From a virus (Duplodnaviria; Caudoviricetes): a stretch of 56,721 nt of DNA. The stretch lies in the IMG/VR virus record IMGVR_UViG_3300027819_000014, positions 1-56,721 of that record, one strand, 5' to 3'. The notes under the pieces are model-generated. The model saw nothing but the letters and a program-made list of their open reading frames with translations. It did no database searches and had not been told where the DNA came from. Shown piece by piece: positions 44,319 through 53,739 of this stretch; within the stretch, counting starts at the first letter, position 1, and every line of letters starts with the position of its first letter. The position numbers and the translations under genes are program-made.

Positions 44319-45481
44319 TGTATAAATACCCGCTCATGCGTAACAACATCATCCGCGAGGATCTGGACGCGGTGATCGCACATCTGCAACAGGACAATCC
44401 ACAGTTAACGCAGGGTGAGCAGGTACGTTTGTTTGAGGAGGAATGGTCACGGTGGTTGGGCGTCAAGTACAGCGTATTCGTTAACTCTGGTTCTTCCGCT
44501 AATCTATTGTCAATGGCAATATTGAAACGTCGGTTCCCGGAGGGTGGGGAAGTGATTGTACCGCCGCTCACGTGGGTGTCGGATATCGCGGCAGTACTGC
44601 AGAACGGATTCCGCCCTGTGTTCGCGGATATTGATCCGCACACGTTGAGCATGGATACGGATCAGATACTGAATAAGATCACGCCACGTACGCGTGCAGT
44701 ATTCCTCACACACGCACAGGGGTTTGATGGGTTGACAGATAAGCTGCTAGAAGAATTGCATATCCCACTGATCGAGGACGTGTGCGAGTCCCATGGGGCT
44801 ACACATAACGGGAAGCGGCTCGGGAGTTTTGGCTGGATATCTAACTTCTCGTTCTACTATGCGCATCATCTCAGCACGATAGAGGGCGGGATGATCTGCA
44901 CCAACGACCATAGAGTTTATCAGCAAGCGCGGATGCTGCGGTCACATGGGTTGGTGCGTGAGATCAGCAACGCTTCTGTACGGGAGGCGTGGGTGGTTGG
45001 GCATTCTGATCTCAATCCAGAATTCATTTTCAGTATGCCCGCATACAATGTGCGGAACACAGAGATCGGTGGGATACTCGGTCGGTCACAGTTGAAGCGG
45101 TTGGGGGAAAACATTGTCAAGCGCAATGGTAACTTCAATCGGTTTTTGAATTTATTGGATCCGATGAAGTACCGGACTAAGTTCAAAATGTGGGGTTCCA
45201 GTAATTATGCCTTTCCGCTGGTGTTGCAGAAACCAGATATCGTTTTCTGTAATCGTTTGGAATCGCGGATGCGTGAGGCAGGGATAGAGTTCAGACGCGG
45301 GAGTTCCGGTGGCGGTAATCAACTTCGGCAGCCTTACCTGAAACACCTGATGCCGGAGGGCTACTACAGACAATTCCCTGAGACTGAGCATATTCATTTC
45401 TACGGTTACTATTTGGGCAATTACCCGGACATGACCAGTGCGGAAATAGATGAAATTTGTGCTGTGGTGAATTCGGCATGA
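44318..45481 (+). CDS. DegT/DnrJ-fold PLP enzyme, ColD-like NDP-4-keto-6-deoxysugar 3-dehydratase
   Basis: VNSGSSANL, IEDVCESHGA, FSFYYAHH.STIEGG (His at the usual PLP-Lys position), YNVRNTEI. Confidence 0.88.
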   Translation: MYKYPLMRNNIIREDLDAVIAHLQQDNPQLTQGEQVRLFEEEWSRWLGVKYSVFVNSGSSANLLSMAILKRRFPEGGEVIVPPLTWVSDIAAVLQNGFRPVFADIDPHTLSMDTDQILNKITPRTRAVFLTHAQGFDGLTDKLLEELHIPLIEDVCESHGATHNGKRLGSFGWISNFSFYYAHHLSTIEGGMICTNDHRVYQQARMLRSHGLVREISNASVREAWVVGHSDLNPEFIFSMPAYNVRNTEIGGILGRSQLKRLGENIVKRNGNFNRFLNLLDPMKYRTKFKMWGSSNYAFPLVLQKPDIVFCNRLESRMREAGIEFRRGSSGGGNQLRQPYLKHLMPEGYYRQFPETEHIHFYGYYLGNYPDMTSAEIDEICAVVNSA

Positions 45482-45502
45482 AAATAGTTCAGAAGGTATA
45501 AA

Positions 45503-45700
45503 ATGGAAAAGCACGCCGCTTGTCAGTACAAGTGTCAAGGCTACACAATGGACTTTTGCTGTGGAGAGTTTTGTGAGTTGTTAATTACTCAGAGAAAACA
45601 CCACACAGAAGGTTGCCAAGTTTGCCAAGTCAGTGGTTTTCATGTTTTGGATGAAGGCGGTTATCTCACGATGTCCGAGAAGATAAGCAACGCAGAATGA
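45503..45700 (+). CDS. Small Cys-rich protein
   Basis: ORF track. Confidence 0.5.
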   Translation: MEKHAACQYKCQGYTMDFCCGEFCELLITQRKHHTEGCQVCQVSGFHVLDEGGYLTMSEKISNAE

Positions 45701-46110
45701 AACGCACTACAGATTACCAGATCGCCAAGGAGGTCATGCTAACGATGGTTGACCTTGGCATGAACTATATCGCGCCAGGTGGGTATTATGATGACGACGC
45801 TGATCTTGTTGACGAAATTATAAAGCGTTGCGCGCTTTCCGATACCAGCGTCAAAAAGAATACTGCGAGATTGTTCAGGGTATGTAATAAGCTCTGTCAT
45901 TGTGGTATTTTCTACGGCGTCGTGGCAGGGACGCACAAAGAGTATTTTGGGGAGCCAACGAAGCAGCGAGAATTCAGGTTTACTGATCCGTCCTATTATC
46001 TTCGGCTCTTACCAGATTACATATATTCGAAAGGTATGGAACCTGACCGGCAACGTGAGGCTAAGTTCTTGCTGCGACACTTTCAAGGAGCGCGGAAGAA
46101 TGAAGATTAA
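45697..46110 (+). CDS. Hypothetical protein
   Basis: ATGA overlap. Confidence 0.65.
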   Translation: MKRTTDYQIAKEVMLTMVDLGMNYIAPGGYYDDDADLVDEIIKRCALSDTSVKKNTARLFRVCNKLCHCGIFYGVVAGTHKEYFGEPTKQREFRFTDPSYYLRLLPDYIYSKGMEPDRQREAKFLLRHFQGARKNED

Positions 46111-46351
46111 ACCAGTTATAAAACACAAGCGTGGCGCGCCCATGAGGGCACAACAGAATAAGCGGTATATTCTATCGCAGGACAACGATTGTCACTGGTA
46201 TGTAATCCCTGTGCTGAAACTTAGTGCGTGGGATGCATGGTTAAACATACCAAGCGATGACGAACGCAGTTGGGTTCCCCCGGATTTCGCTGATCCTGTT
46301 GGCGGAAGCCCAAGTCTCGTTACTTTTGAAAACTATCAGAACCCAATATAA
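46100..46351 (+). CDS. Hypothetical protein
   Basis: RY.L.QDNDCHWYVIP motif. Confidence 0.65.
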   Translation: MKIKPVIKHKRGAPMRAQQNKRYILSQDNDCHWYVIPVLKLSAWDAWLNIPSDDERSWVPPDFADPVGGSPSLVTFENYQNPI

Positions 46352-46361
46352 GGAGAATCAA

Positions 46362-46595
46362 ATGGCTTCTTTTCCTAAATGGATGAAGGTGGTTAGCTTA
46401 CCGAAAGAAAGTCCCGTAGTGTTCGAGATCAATCACAAGCATCCGGGGTTTTGGTTTGAGGTTTTATTATTTTATTTCCGGAAGTTGGTGGGGCGGGATT
46501 GTTATAAATATGGTTCCAGGTCTGTGAGGCCAGATAGCTGTCCTGACGGTGGCCCTATTCTTGATAGCACTGAAAAGAAATTGGTGAGACCATGA
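46362..46595 (+). CDS. Hypothetical protein
   Basis: RBS AAGGAG. Confidence 0.6.
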   Translation: MASFPKWMKVVSLPKESPVVFEINHKHPGFWFEVLLFYFRKLVGRDCYKYGSRSVRPDSCPDGGPILDSTEKKLVRP

Positions 46596-47017
46596 GTAAA
46601 GTTCCCTATCGAGATATGTGGGCAGGCGGCACCGGTCCTGTAGTTCTGTCCCACCCGTTGACAGAAAACGAGTTGATGGGTGCCGGGGTTGTGTTGGGTA
46701 AAGAGGGGCAGATCATTCAAGCGTTGCGGGGTTCACTTGAACAAGCAAAGGTGGAACTCGCTGACGAACAACGTCATTCAGCCGAATTGAGAAAGCGACT
46801 AGACAAGTTTTCTTGGATTTCTGTTAGTGATAGGGTACCGGAAACTCGTTACCCGATGCTGGCTGTATGCGTTGGAAAAGTCTACCGGCTCTGGTATAGC
46901 TCGAAAGAAAAGAAGTGGCATCAGCCACCCGACCCAGTTGGTGTGTGGGACGTTAAGTTTTGGATGCCATTACCGGAGCCACCTAAATGCGCCATTCGTT
47001 ACAGGCAACCGACCTAA
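46592..47017 (+). CDS. DUF551-like protein
   Basis: WISVSDRVPE..V.FWMPLPEPP. Confidence 0.8.
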   Translation: MSKVPYRDMWAGGTGPVVLSHPLTENELMGAGVVLGKEGQIIQALRGSLEQAKVELADEQRHSAELRKRLDKFSWISVSDRVPETRYPMLAVCVGKVYRLWYSSKEKKWHQPPDPVGVWDVKFWMPLPEPPKCAIRYRQPT

Positions 47018-47244
47018 AGGCCGGAAGATTGTATCAACTTAAACCAGCCGGGAAATCTGTTTATGGGGCTATTGTCGGAAACTTACGTATCATCCACATC
47101 ACCAGTGATCGTAACATTGTGACTTATCTCAACACAGCATTTCCACAAAGTCCGCCAATTTCTATAGGTAGCCATAGATTTCTGATGAAGGTTGAGCACG
47201 AAGTATTTGAGCCAAAATCTGAACCAGGGAGTCACAATGAGTAA
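46987..47244 (+). CDS. Hypothetical protein
   Basis: ORF track. Confidence 0.5.
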   Translation: MRHSLQATDLKAGRLYQLKPAGKSVYGAIVGNLRIIHITSDRNIVTYLNTAFPQSPPISIGSHRFLMKVEHEVFEPKSEPGSHNE

Positions 47245-47977
47245 CAACGCAGACAAAAGGTTTGGTAGATACGTTGATGCAGTTAACACCATGTATGGTC
47301 AATGTGCGCAGTGTGGCGGCAACCTAACTTCGGATCATCAGTGCCCACGGCTGAGTGACACAGAAAAGACGTATCCTGAAATGTTCCGTTGTAAGATATG
47401 TGGAACAATTTGGAGGAGGCATGCACATGTTTGGTCTCTGAACAATCCGATGCAGAAACCCGGTGCGTGTTGTGATAACCATCCTGGATTTCTAAGTGTA
47501 ATTGAGCCGATACGGGAGTGTTTATCAAGAATTGCTTCACGGTCCGCTGAATATGATAAAAGTAGAAATTTAGAAAATATAATTGCAAATCAATCAAAGC
47601 GTATTGAGGAGTTTGATTCTTGCATTCATCACGTCGCGGAAGCGTTAGGCGCTTGCTGCGGCGGCGTTGACGGTGATCAGACAAAAGAGGGAGCAACAAC
47701 CCGAGTTTTGCTCGAAAAGATTGCCGAATTAAAGGAAAGGGCGGTTCATCCCGGGGTTCAAGAAGCACGAGACTTTGTTAATGATCGTCGCAAGAGTCTT
47801 TTGAAGAAGTCCGCACCGCGTACAGAATGTCCGGGTTGTTTCTGTGCTATTTACGACATGGCTAGAGATCAAGGGTGGTGTGCCGACTGCTATCCTTGTC
47901 GGGGTAAATATATCGAAGGTAATCGTGGTTACATTGAGGGCAATCGCGGCAGTCTTCCTGACGGAGTGTCTATATGA
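47237..47977 (+). CDS. Hypothetical multi-CxxC protein
   Basis: CAQCGGNLT.DH.CPR also occurs in 30315..31148. Confidence 0.65.
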   Translation: MSNNADKRFGRYVDAVNTMYGQCAQCGGNLTSDHQCPRLSDTEKTYPEMFRCKICGTIWRRHAHVWSLNNPMQKPGACCDNHPGFLSVIEPIRECLSRIASRSAEYDKSRNLENIIANQSKRIEEFDSCIHHVAEALGACCGGVDGDQTKEGATTRVLLEKIAELKERAVHPGVQEARDFVNDRRKSLLKKSAPRTECPGCFCAIYDMARDQGWCADCYPCRGKYIEGNRGYIEGNRGSLPDGVSI

Positions 47978-48156
47978 AATACCTACTGATATCAGCCGTA
48001 GTCGCGTGGCTGATTACTGTCTACGCTTATCATTACGCGCAAGGTCAAGGAGATAACTTCGGTGCGATATTTGTGCCAATGGTTGCATTGTTGGTTTCGG
48101 CAATTATGACAGCCATCTACTTTGCATGTGCCATTTGGTTGCATAGGTTATGGTGA
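47974..48156 (+). CDS. Small membrane protein
   Basis: Two hydrophobic helices. Confidence 0.65.
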   Translation: MKYLLISAVVAWLITVYAYHYAQGQGDNFGAIFVPMVALLVSAIMTAIYFACAIWLHRLW

Positions 48157-48166
48157 AGGACGGAGC

Positions 48167-49630
48167 ATGAGACAAACCGTAGATCTGTTATTGGTCAATC
48201 CTGGTAATCGGGTAGAGCAGTTCGCTAACCTAGCGCCGTTGGCGACAGTAGCACAGCCATTGGGCATAGCGATGCTGGCCGCTTACGTGCGCGAGCAGGG
48301 CATATCAGTGGCCATATTTGACGCCGAAGCCTACGGGCTGACACCGGTAGAGGCGGCAGATCAGATAGAAGCCTTATACAACCCACCGTTATTGGTTGGG
48401 CTCTCCGCGTTCACCACCAAGATGACCTCCGCCGGTCACATCATGCAGGAACTGAAGCGACGGTGGCCGGAAACTAAAATGATGTGTGGTGGCCATCACC
48501 CTTCCGCCATCCCGGAGCGTACGTTGCGGGAGGAGGCGACAGACTACGTGATCAAGGGTGAGGGGTTTTACCCGGTTACAGAACTGATGCAACGGTTGAA
48601 GAAGGGCGAGCACTGTTACGATATTATGGGCGTATGGCTGTGGCGACCGGACGGCACAGTGCATCCGGGCGGGCAAGCACCGGGGCCACAGAAGCTAGAT
48701 GAGCTTCAATTCCCTGCTTATGATCTATTGCCGATGAAGCAATATAAAGCGCATCACTGGCAGGCGTGGGGTCGTGGAACTATTGACACAACTGGATTTT
48801 CTTTAATTCATACGTCACTTGGGTGTCCCTACAATTGCAGTTATTGCAGCGTAAATGTAGTTTATGAGCGCCACACGGTGCGTTATCGCAGTCCGGTCAA
48901 GGTAGCCGATGAGATTGAGCATCTGATCAACGTATACGGGGTGCAGCATTTCGAGTTTATTGACGACACCTTTACCACCAATCGTAAGCACGTGGAAGCA
49001 ATCTGCGATGAGATTATTTCACGCGGGTTAGGGGACAAGGTCAACGCGTGGGCCTTTTCCCGGGTAGACCGGGCTGACCCTAGATTTCTGGCGAAGATGA
49101 AAGCAGCGGGGATCAATTGGGTGTTCATGGGATTAGAGTCAGGCAATGACACGGTATTATTAGGAGTAGACAAAGGGCAGTCTGTGGCCGATATACGTGA
49201 AGCAGTGGATAAGGTGCATGCGGCGGGGATACATATTGGGGGTAATTACGTGTTCGGTCTTCCCGAGGACACACACGAGTCCATGGACCAGACGTTTGCG
49301 CTGGCCCGGGATTTGAACACTGAGTACGCCAACTTTTTTATCATGATGTCTTACCCCGGCTCGTTTATGCACGATGCCCTACCTCCGGCAGACGCGTTGC
49401 CGAAGAAATGGTCACAATATGGGTTCTTTGCCCCGGACGCTTTACCGCTACGCAATGCGACGGTATCTGCGGCAGATATTTTGGAACGCCGTGATCGGGC
49501 ATTCAAAGAATACTTCGGCGGTGAGCGGTATCAGGGCATGGTGGAGCAGAAGTTCGGGTCTGAGACATTGGAGTTTCTACGGTCTCAGGTGTTGTCCAAA
49601 CAATTGGTTCGGCGGCGGACGGTTATATGA
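48167..49630 (+). CDS. Cobalamin-dependent radical SAM enzyme (class B methyltransferase-like)
   Basis: PLGIAMLAA, GGHHPS, GEG, GCPYNCSYC, DDTF, GLESG. Confidence 0.92.
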   Translation: MRQTVDLLLVNPGNRVEQFANLAPLATVAQPLGIAMLAAYVREQGISVAIFDAEAYGLTPVEAADQIEALYNPPLLVGLSAFTTKMTSAGHIMQELKRRWPETKMMCGGHHPSAIPERTLREEATDYVIKGEGFYPVTELMQRLKKGEHCYDIMGVWLWRPDGTVHPGGQAPGPQKLDELQFPAYDLLPMKQYKAHHWQAWGRGTIDTTGFSLIHTSLGCPYNCSYCSVNVVYERHTVRYRSPVKVADEIEHLINVYGVQHFEFIDDTFTTNRKHVEAICDEIISRGLGDKVNAWAFSRVDRADPRFLAKMKAAGINWVFMGLESGNDTVLLGVDKGQSVADIREAVDKVHAAGIHIGGNYVFGLPEDTHESMDQTFALARDLNTEYANFFIMMSYPGSFMHDALPPADALPKKWSQYGFFAPDALPLRNATVSAADILERRDRAFKEYFGGERYQGMVEQKFGSETLEFLRSQVLSKQLVRRRTVI

Positions 49631-49836
49631 AGGTGATTCGATTTCGTAGATTGAGTGGCGATGTGTGGGAAATTGCTTTTAATGAAGCCCACCTTAGGAG
49701 TAAGTTAAACAGGGATCTAGCTGAAGTTATTATGCCAGCTAAACCGTGGTTTGTCAGACTATGGCGTAAATTATTTCTGCTGTTTGGAAACGGCGAATCC
49801 AACGCGTCGCTGGTCGTTGGAAACGATAGGAGTTAG
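49627..49836 (+). CDS. Hypothetical protein
   Basis: ATGA overlap. Confidence 0.5.
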   Translation: MKVIRFRRLSGDVWEIAFNEAHLRSKLNRDLAEVIMPAKPWFVRLWRKLFLLFGNGESNASLVVGNDRS

Positions 49837-49842
49837 AACCCT

Positions 49843-49980
49843 ATGGATACGAACGTAAAAGCACTGCTAGATAAAGCGGCGCAAGCGGAAGAGGCACACC
49901 ACGCGATGAACTTCGCGCAAGCTGCTCTCAATGCCGCACATGCGTTGCAAGTGCTGAAACAGATCGAAGATAAGAAGTAG
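49843..49980 (+). CDS. Small Ala-rich protein (45 aa; not in ORF track)
   Basis: RBS AGGAG; MDTNVKALLDKAA..AMNFAQAALNAAHA. Confidence 0.6.
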   Translation: MDTNVKALLDKAAQAEEAHHAMNFAQAALNAAHALQVLKQIEDKK

Positions 49981-50032
49981 TGGGAAATGGGTCGGGGGAT
50001 TGTTTCTCCGACCCAAACTTAAGGAGAACGAT

Positions 50033-50344
50033 ATGGCAAAATATCGGAAAAAGCCTGTGGTGGTTGAAGCAGTTCAACTTCGGTGGGATACTTGGGATGA
50101 AATGTGCATTCATGCCGGAGTCGGGAAATTAAGTGAGGGCAAGCCAGAAGGTTGTTACGTGGATTTGAATGGTAATGCACTTCCTTCAGGTGGTGGTGCT
50201 GAGGGAGAACGCATGGGCCTACAAATACCAACTCTTGAGGGGTTGATGTTGGGTATTCAGGGCGATTGGATTATTCGTGGTGTGAAGGGAGAATTGTATC
50301 CCTGTAAGCCCGACATCTTCGATGCTACGTACGAGCCAGCATGA
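50033..50344 (+). CDS. Conserved phage protein (YRKKPVV.EA family)
   Basis: IPTLEG.M..GDWII.GV.GE.YPCKPDIF..TYE. Confidence 0.85.
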   Translation: MAKYRKKPVVVEAVQLRWDTWDEMCIHAGVGKLSEGKPEGCYVDLNGNALPSGGGAEGERMGLQIPTLEGLMLGIQGDWIIRGVKGELYPCKPDIFDATYEPA

Positions 50345-51174
50345 TGGCAGAAAAACAAGTATCGATCATTTTGGAAGATTGGGGGGTAAGGGAGCGCTTC
50401 CATACGTTGGACTGGTTGTCTAACCAAACGGTGCCTCGTGATCAGTATGAAATTATTTGGGTAGAGCTTTACTCACGTGTGCTGGATCATGTGAAGGCGA
50501 AAGTAGATCACTTGCTGACCTTAAATCAGGAGGGGCTGTATCATAAGCACAAGGGAATGAATGCGGGAATAGTAAAAGCAAGTGGTCGTATCGTGGTGAT
50601 GTGCGATTCGGACGCCGTTTACCCGCCGGAGTTTGTAGAGTCAGTGATCGGGCACTTCGCCACGGATCATAGAGTGGTCATGTATCATCAGCACCGCAGT
50701 TCGCGGGAGTACCCGGAAGGGGTCTCGGACTTCACGGAGATCGCCAGCCATGAGTTCTACGCCAAATGGCCTAACGTGGGCGCATGTTTAGCTGTATTAA
50801 GAAGGGACGCGATTGGGTTCGGCGGGGTGGATGAGCATGAGTTATTTCGCGGACTGATCTGCGGGCACAATGAGTTGGCGTGGCGGATGATTAATGCGGG
50901 TGTCCCAGAAGAGTGGGACAACAAATTGCTCACCTATCATTTCAAGCACCCCGGATCGGACGGCGGGAGCAAGCACGAGCGGTACATGAGTGAGCACCAT
51001 ATTGACATGCACAATTTGACTGGGGTGGATGCGTTTAGGGAAGGGCGGGTGATGCCTTTGTTAGAGAATCCAGATATTCATAAATTGCGGATGGCACAGC
51101 GGATCATCGGCACCGAGTTTGAAAAGAAATATTCCGTGTATCCTCCAGGCGATCCAAGAGGTAGAACGGCGTGA
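50341..51174 (+). CDS. Glycosyltransferase, GT2/GT-A fold
   Basis: L.NQT..YEII.V, N.GI..A.G.IV..DSD, GG.DE. Confidence 0.85.
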   Translation: MMAEKQVSIILEDWGVRERFHTLDWLSNQTVPRDQYEIIWVELYSRVLDHVKAKVDHLLTLNQEGLYHKHKGMNAGIVKASGRIVVMCDSDAVYPPEFVESVIGHFATDHRVVMYHQHRSSREYPEGVSDFTEIASHEFYAKWPNVGACLAVLRRDAIGFGGVDEHELFRGLICGHNELAWRMINAGVPEEWDNKLLTYHFKHPGSDGGSKHERYMSEHHIDMHNLTGVDAFREGRVMPLLENPDIHKLRMAQRIIGTEFEKKYSVYPPGDPRGRTA

Positions 51175-51554
51175 AGTTCTGCCCCATTCACTGGTCGGCA
51201 TTGCGCGATATGGTGATCGGTAAGGGTATGGGTGCGTTGATTTCTAAAGACGGGGCAGCGGCAGCAGATCGGTTGGTGGAAGAGTTGGAAGGTGTCGCGA
51301 CCCCGGCGACGTATGATCCACTGATGGCGTCGTACTGGATGATCATGGGGATGGCGATCAAGAACGGTGGACTGTACTTGATGGGGACAAAGCAGGGTGA
51401 CGGTGATGGGGAATATTGCCCGCTCTGCGAAGTTGAAGAGGCCGGATTGCGGGTTGAGAGCAAATCGGGGTTGGCTGACGAGTGGCTGGAAGGGTGCACG
51501 GATGCGGTATTGGTGTATTGCCGGGAACAAAATCTTTTGAGCAAACCTCAATGA
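51171..51554 (+). CDS. Hypothetical zinc-binding protein
   Basis: MKFC..HW..YDPLM..CPLC. Confidence 0.75.
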   Translation: MKFCPIHWSALRDMVIGKGMGALISKDGAAAADRLVEELEGVATPATYDPLMASYWMIMGMAIKNGGLYLMGTKQGDGDGEYCPLCEVEEAGLRVESKSGLADEWLEGCTDAVLVYCREQNLLSKPQ

Positions 51555-51871
51555 GATTATCTGCTGCATTTTCTGAAGAGGCCCATCGGTATCGGGTCTA
51601 TGATTACCCTGCGGGTGAGCAGCGACGCGATTTGTGTTGGGTTGATGATGTGACCAATCAAGTAGGGGTAGGGTTTGCGACTTGGGGTCGGGAGTACGTG
51701 TTCGAGGTAGAGCAGCGGAAACGGGTTCTGATTATTCCCGGTGTGTATTGGATTGCGTTGGACTTGCCCGAGGAGGAGGATTTTGTGCCGCCGTATGAGG
51801 TGAATTTAGAGAACGGGAAAGATGTTGTTTTCAATTGGAGCAGACCAAAGGATCCGGCGGTGGTTAAATGA
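51551..51871 (+). CDS. Hypothetical protein
   Basis: ATGA overlaps. Confidence 0.6.
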   Translation: MRLSAAFSEEAHRYRVYDYPAGEQRRDLCWVDDVTNQVGVGFATWGREYVFEVEQRKRVLIIPGVYWIALDLPEEEDFVPPYEVNLENGKDVVFNWSRPKDPAVVK

Positions 51872-52572
51872 CCTTCTCCCCTTACCCGCGCCCCGTTCGC
51901 GAGATACATCAGATTGAACTTTCATCGCGCTGTAATCTTAAGTGCGTTTATTGCCCCCATCACCCGAATTTACCCCGTACCAAGGAGGATATGAGTGAAG
52001 ACACATTCCGCCAATCCCTTGATCTTATTCAGCACTACGTACGGCAAGGAACGCAGACGGAACTCTCGCTCACGGGTATCGGTGAGGCTATGCTCCACCC
52101 GAGGTTCGTGGAGTATGCAACTCGCGCACGGGAGGTGGTCGGTCCACATCGACAATTGGTCATCACGACGAATGGACTTTTGCTAGATGAGAAGATGGCT
52201 GCGGCAATAGCCCCGTTACACCCGTTGGTGTTCATCTCATTGCACCGGCCGGAGAAGGCAGGGCCAGCGATTGAGATAGCAAAGAAGTATGAGATCCTAG
52301 CCGGGATAAATGCTAGTTTCGCTACATCATCTTTCGATTGGGCCGGATCACAGAAAAATTGGTTCGTGAGTGCGCCGAAGATACCATGTGAGTATTTAAG
52401 AAGTGGTTGGGCAGTAATTTTGGTGGATGGAAGAGTGGCGACGTGTTGTTTGGATGCGGACGGGTCGAGTACGATTGGGCGGGTAACGGATAATCCGGAA
52501 ACTCTGATGCTGAAGCCGTGGAAGAGTGAGAAAGGGGCAGGGTGTGAGTTTTGCCATATGAGTATTCCATAA
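51868..52572 (+). CDS. Radical SAM protein with SPASM/Twitch-like C-terminus
   Basis: CNLKCVYC, GIGEA.LHP, TTNG, C..DG.V..CC.D..C..C. Confidence 0.88.
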   Translation: MTFSPYPRPVREIHQIELSSRCNLKCVYCPHHPNLPRTKEDMSEDTFRQSLDLIQHYVRQGTQTELSLTGIGEAMLHPRFVEYATRAREVVGPHRQLVITTNGLLLDEKMAAAIAPLHPLVFISLHRPEKAGPAIEIAKKYEILAGINASFATSSFDWAGSQKNWFVSAPKIPCEYLRSGWAVILVDGRVATCCLDADGSSTIGRVTDNPETLMLKPWKSEKGAGCEFCHMSIP

Positions 52573-52901
52573 TGGGTTGGTCAATCGGATTTGACGATCG
52601 TTGGCAACGTGACATTGGTTATGGTGTTCCAGCGTACTGTGATCATCCGAAATGCAATAAAGTAATAGATCGCGGACTGGCTTATGTTTGTTGCGAGCAA
52701 CAACCCTATGGAGGCGAGCACGGTTGTGGTTTATTTTTCTGTGAGGATCATCGAGACCGTCGGGGGCGGTGTCCTAAGTGTGCTCGTTATGATCACGTTC
52801 CGTACAAACCGAAGCCGGACCACCCTAATTGGGTAAGGCATAAAGAAACGGATCCGAGTTGGGCTGAGTGGCGGAAGGAACGCGAAAGGGAAACGGCATG
52901 A
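52572..52901 (+). CDS. Conserved Cys-rich phage protein
   Basis: MGWSIG.D..RDIGYGVPA.CDHP.C..IDRGL. Confidence 0.8.
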   Translation: MGWSIGFDDRWQRDIGYGVPAYCDHPKCNKVIDRGLAYVCCEQQPYGGEHGCGLFFCEDHRDRRGRCPKCARYDHVPYKPKPDHPNWVRHKETDPSWAEWRKERERETA

Positions 52902-53122
52902 AGCGACGTCGTTTCGTTAGGAAAATAAAATTCACATGTCTAGCCCTGGGACAGTTTCGTCGTGTTCGAAGTGTTTGCACCACCAGACTTCGAAGAGACC
53001 GGAACATTCGTTATAAGATACGCGGGTTTTTACTCCATGGAATGATTTACAGAGCCGCCCGAGATTCAGTAGGTAGATGTATAACGGTTACTTTGGAACG
53101 AGTGGTTGGTAAAGGTGTGTGA
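52898..53122 (+). CDS. Arg-rich hypothetical protein
   Basis: ATGA overlap. Confidence 0.5.
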   Translation: MKRRRFVRKIKFTCLALGQFRRVRSVCTTRLRRDRNIRYKIRGFLLHGMIYRAARDSVGRCITVTLERVVGKGV

Positions 53123-53137
53123 AGGATAAAGCTTGTT

Positions 53138-53314
53138 ATGAAACAGACCAAACCTTTATTGCTTGAGGATCATTCTACGGAAAAGTATCCGTATTCGATT
53201 GATATACAAATACAGACTGGCTCGTTGGAGGCAGTTATGTTGGAAGATATATTAGAATCGGCCAACGTGTTTTATGTTGGTGATGAAGTTATTTGGAGAC
53301 GTAAGCGTGACTGA
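53138..53314 (+). CDS. Hypothetical protein (58 aa)
   Basis: MKQTKPLLLEDH..WRRKRD*. Confidence 0.45.
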   Translation: MKQTKPLLLEDHSTEKYPYSIDIQIQTGSLEAVMLEDILESANVFYVGDEVIWRRKRD

Positions 53315-53654
53315 GAATAATAACGGTGTCGAGTACCCAAAAATAATGTGCGGGAAGTGTTCAATCGAGATGATTGTGATCGGGGTAGGTACGGCAAGTG
53401 GTAGGCTAACCTATCAGTGTGAGAAGTGCGGCGATAAACAATTAGGGAAGAATCTGGCTGCAATGCAGTTAGGTTCACTTGGGGGCAGGGCACGGGCGGC
53501 GGCTTTAACTGAAGAACAACGTCGGGAACAGGCCATCAAGGGTGGGAAGTTAGGAGGGAAAGCCCGTGCAGCAAATCTTTCCCAGGAAGAACGTTCAGAA
53601 CAGTCAAAAAGAGCCGCTAACATATTGTGGCAGAAGAAGAAATTAGGTTTATAG
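53307..53654 (+). CDS. Zinc ribbon + basic KGG-type repeat protein
   Basis: CGKC..CEKC; LGG.ARA..L..E.R.E x2. Confidence 0.75.
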   Translation: MTENNNGVEYPKIMCGKCSIEMIVIGVGTASGRLTYQCEKCGDKQLGKNLAAMQLGSLGGRARAAALTEEQRREQAIKGGKLGGKARAANLSQEERSEQSKRAANILWQKKKLGL

Positions 53655-53704
53655 CCTATAGAATTTTGTAGTTCGGCGCTTCCTCAGGGCGCTAAGTCAA
53701 GCAT

Positions 53705-53733
53705 TTTACTTCTATGGAGGAACCCACTATAAC
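53705..53733 (+). promoter_or_regulatory. Putative promoter of the protease-capsid operon
   Basis: TTTACT-N17-TATAAC ending 7 nt before ATG 53740. Confidence 0.55.
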
Positions 53734-53739
53734 CGGCTC

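Noticed and set aside
47909-47950. YIEGNRG tandem duplication
   Set aside because: A single diverged 21-nt duplication in a hypothetical gene; no wider pattern.
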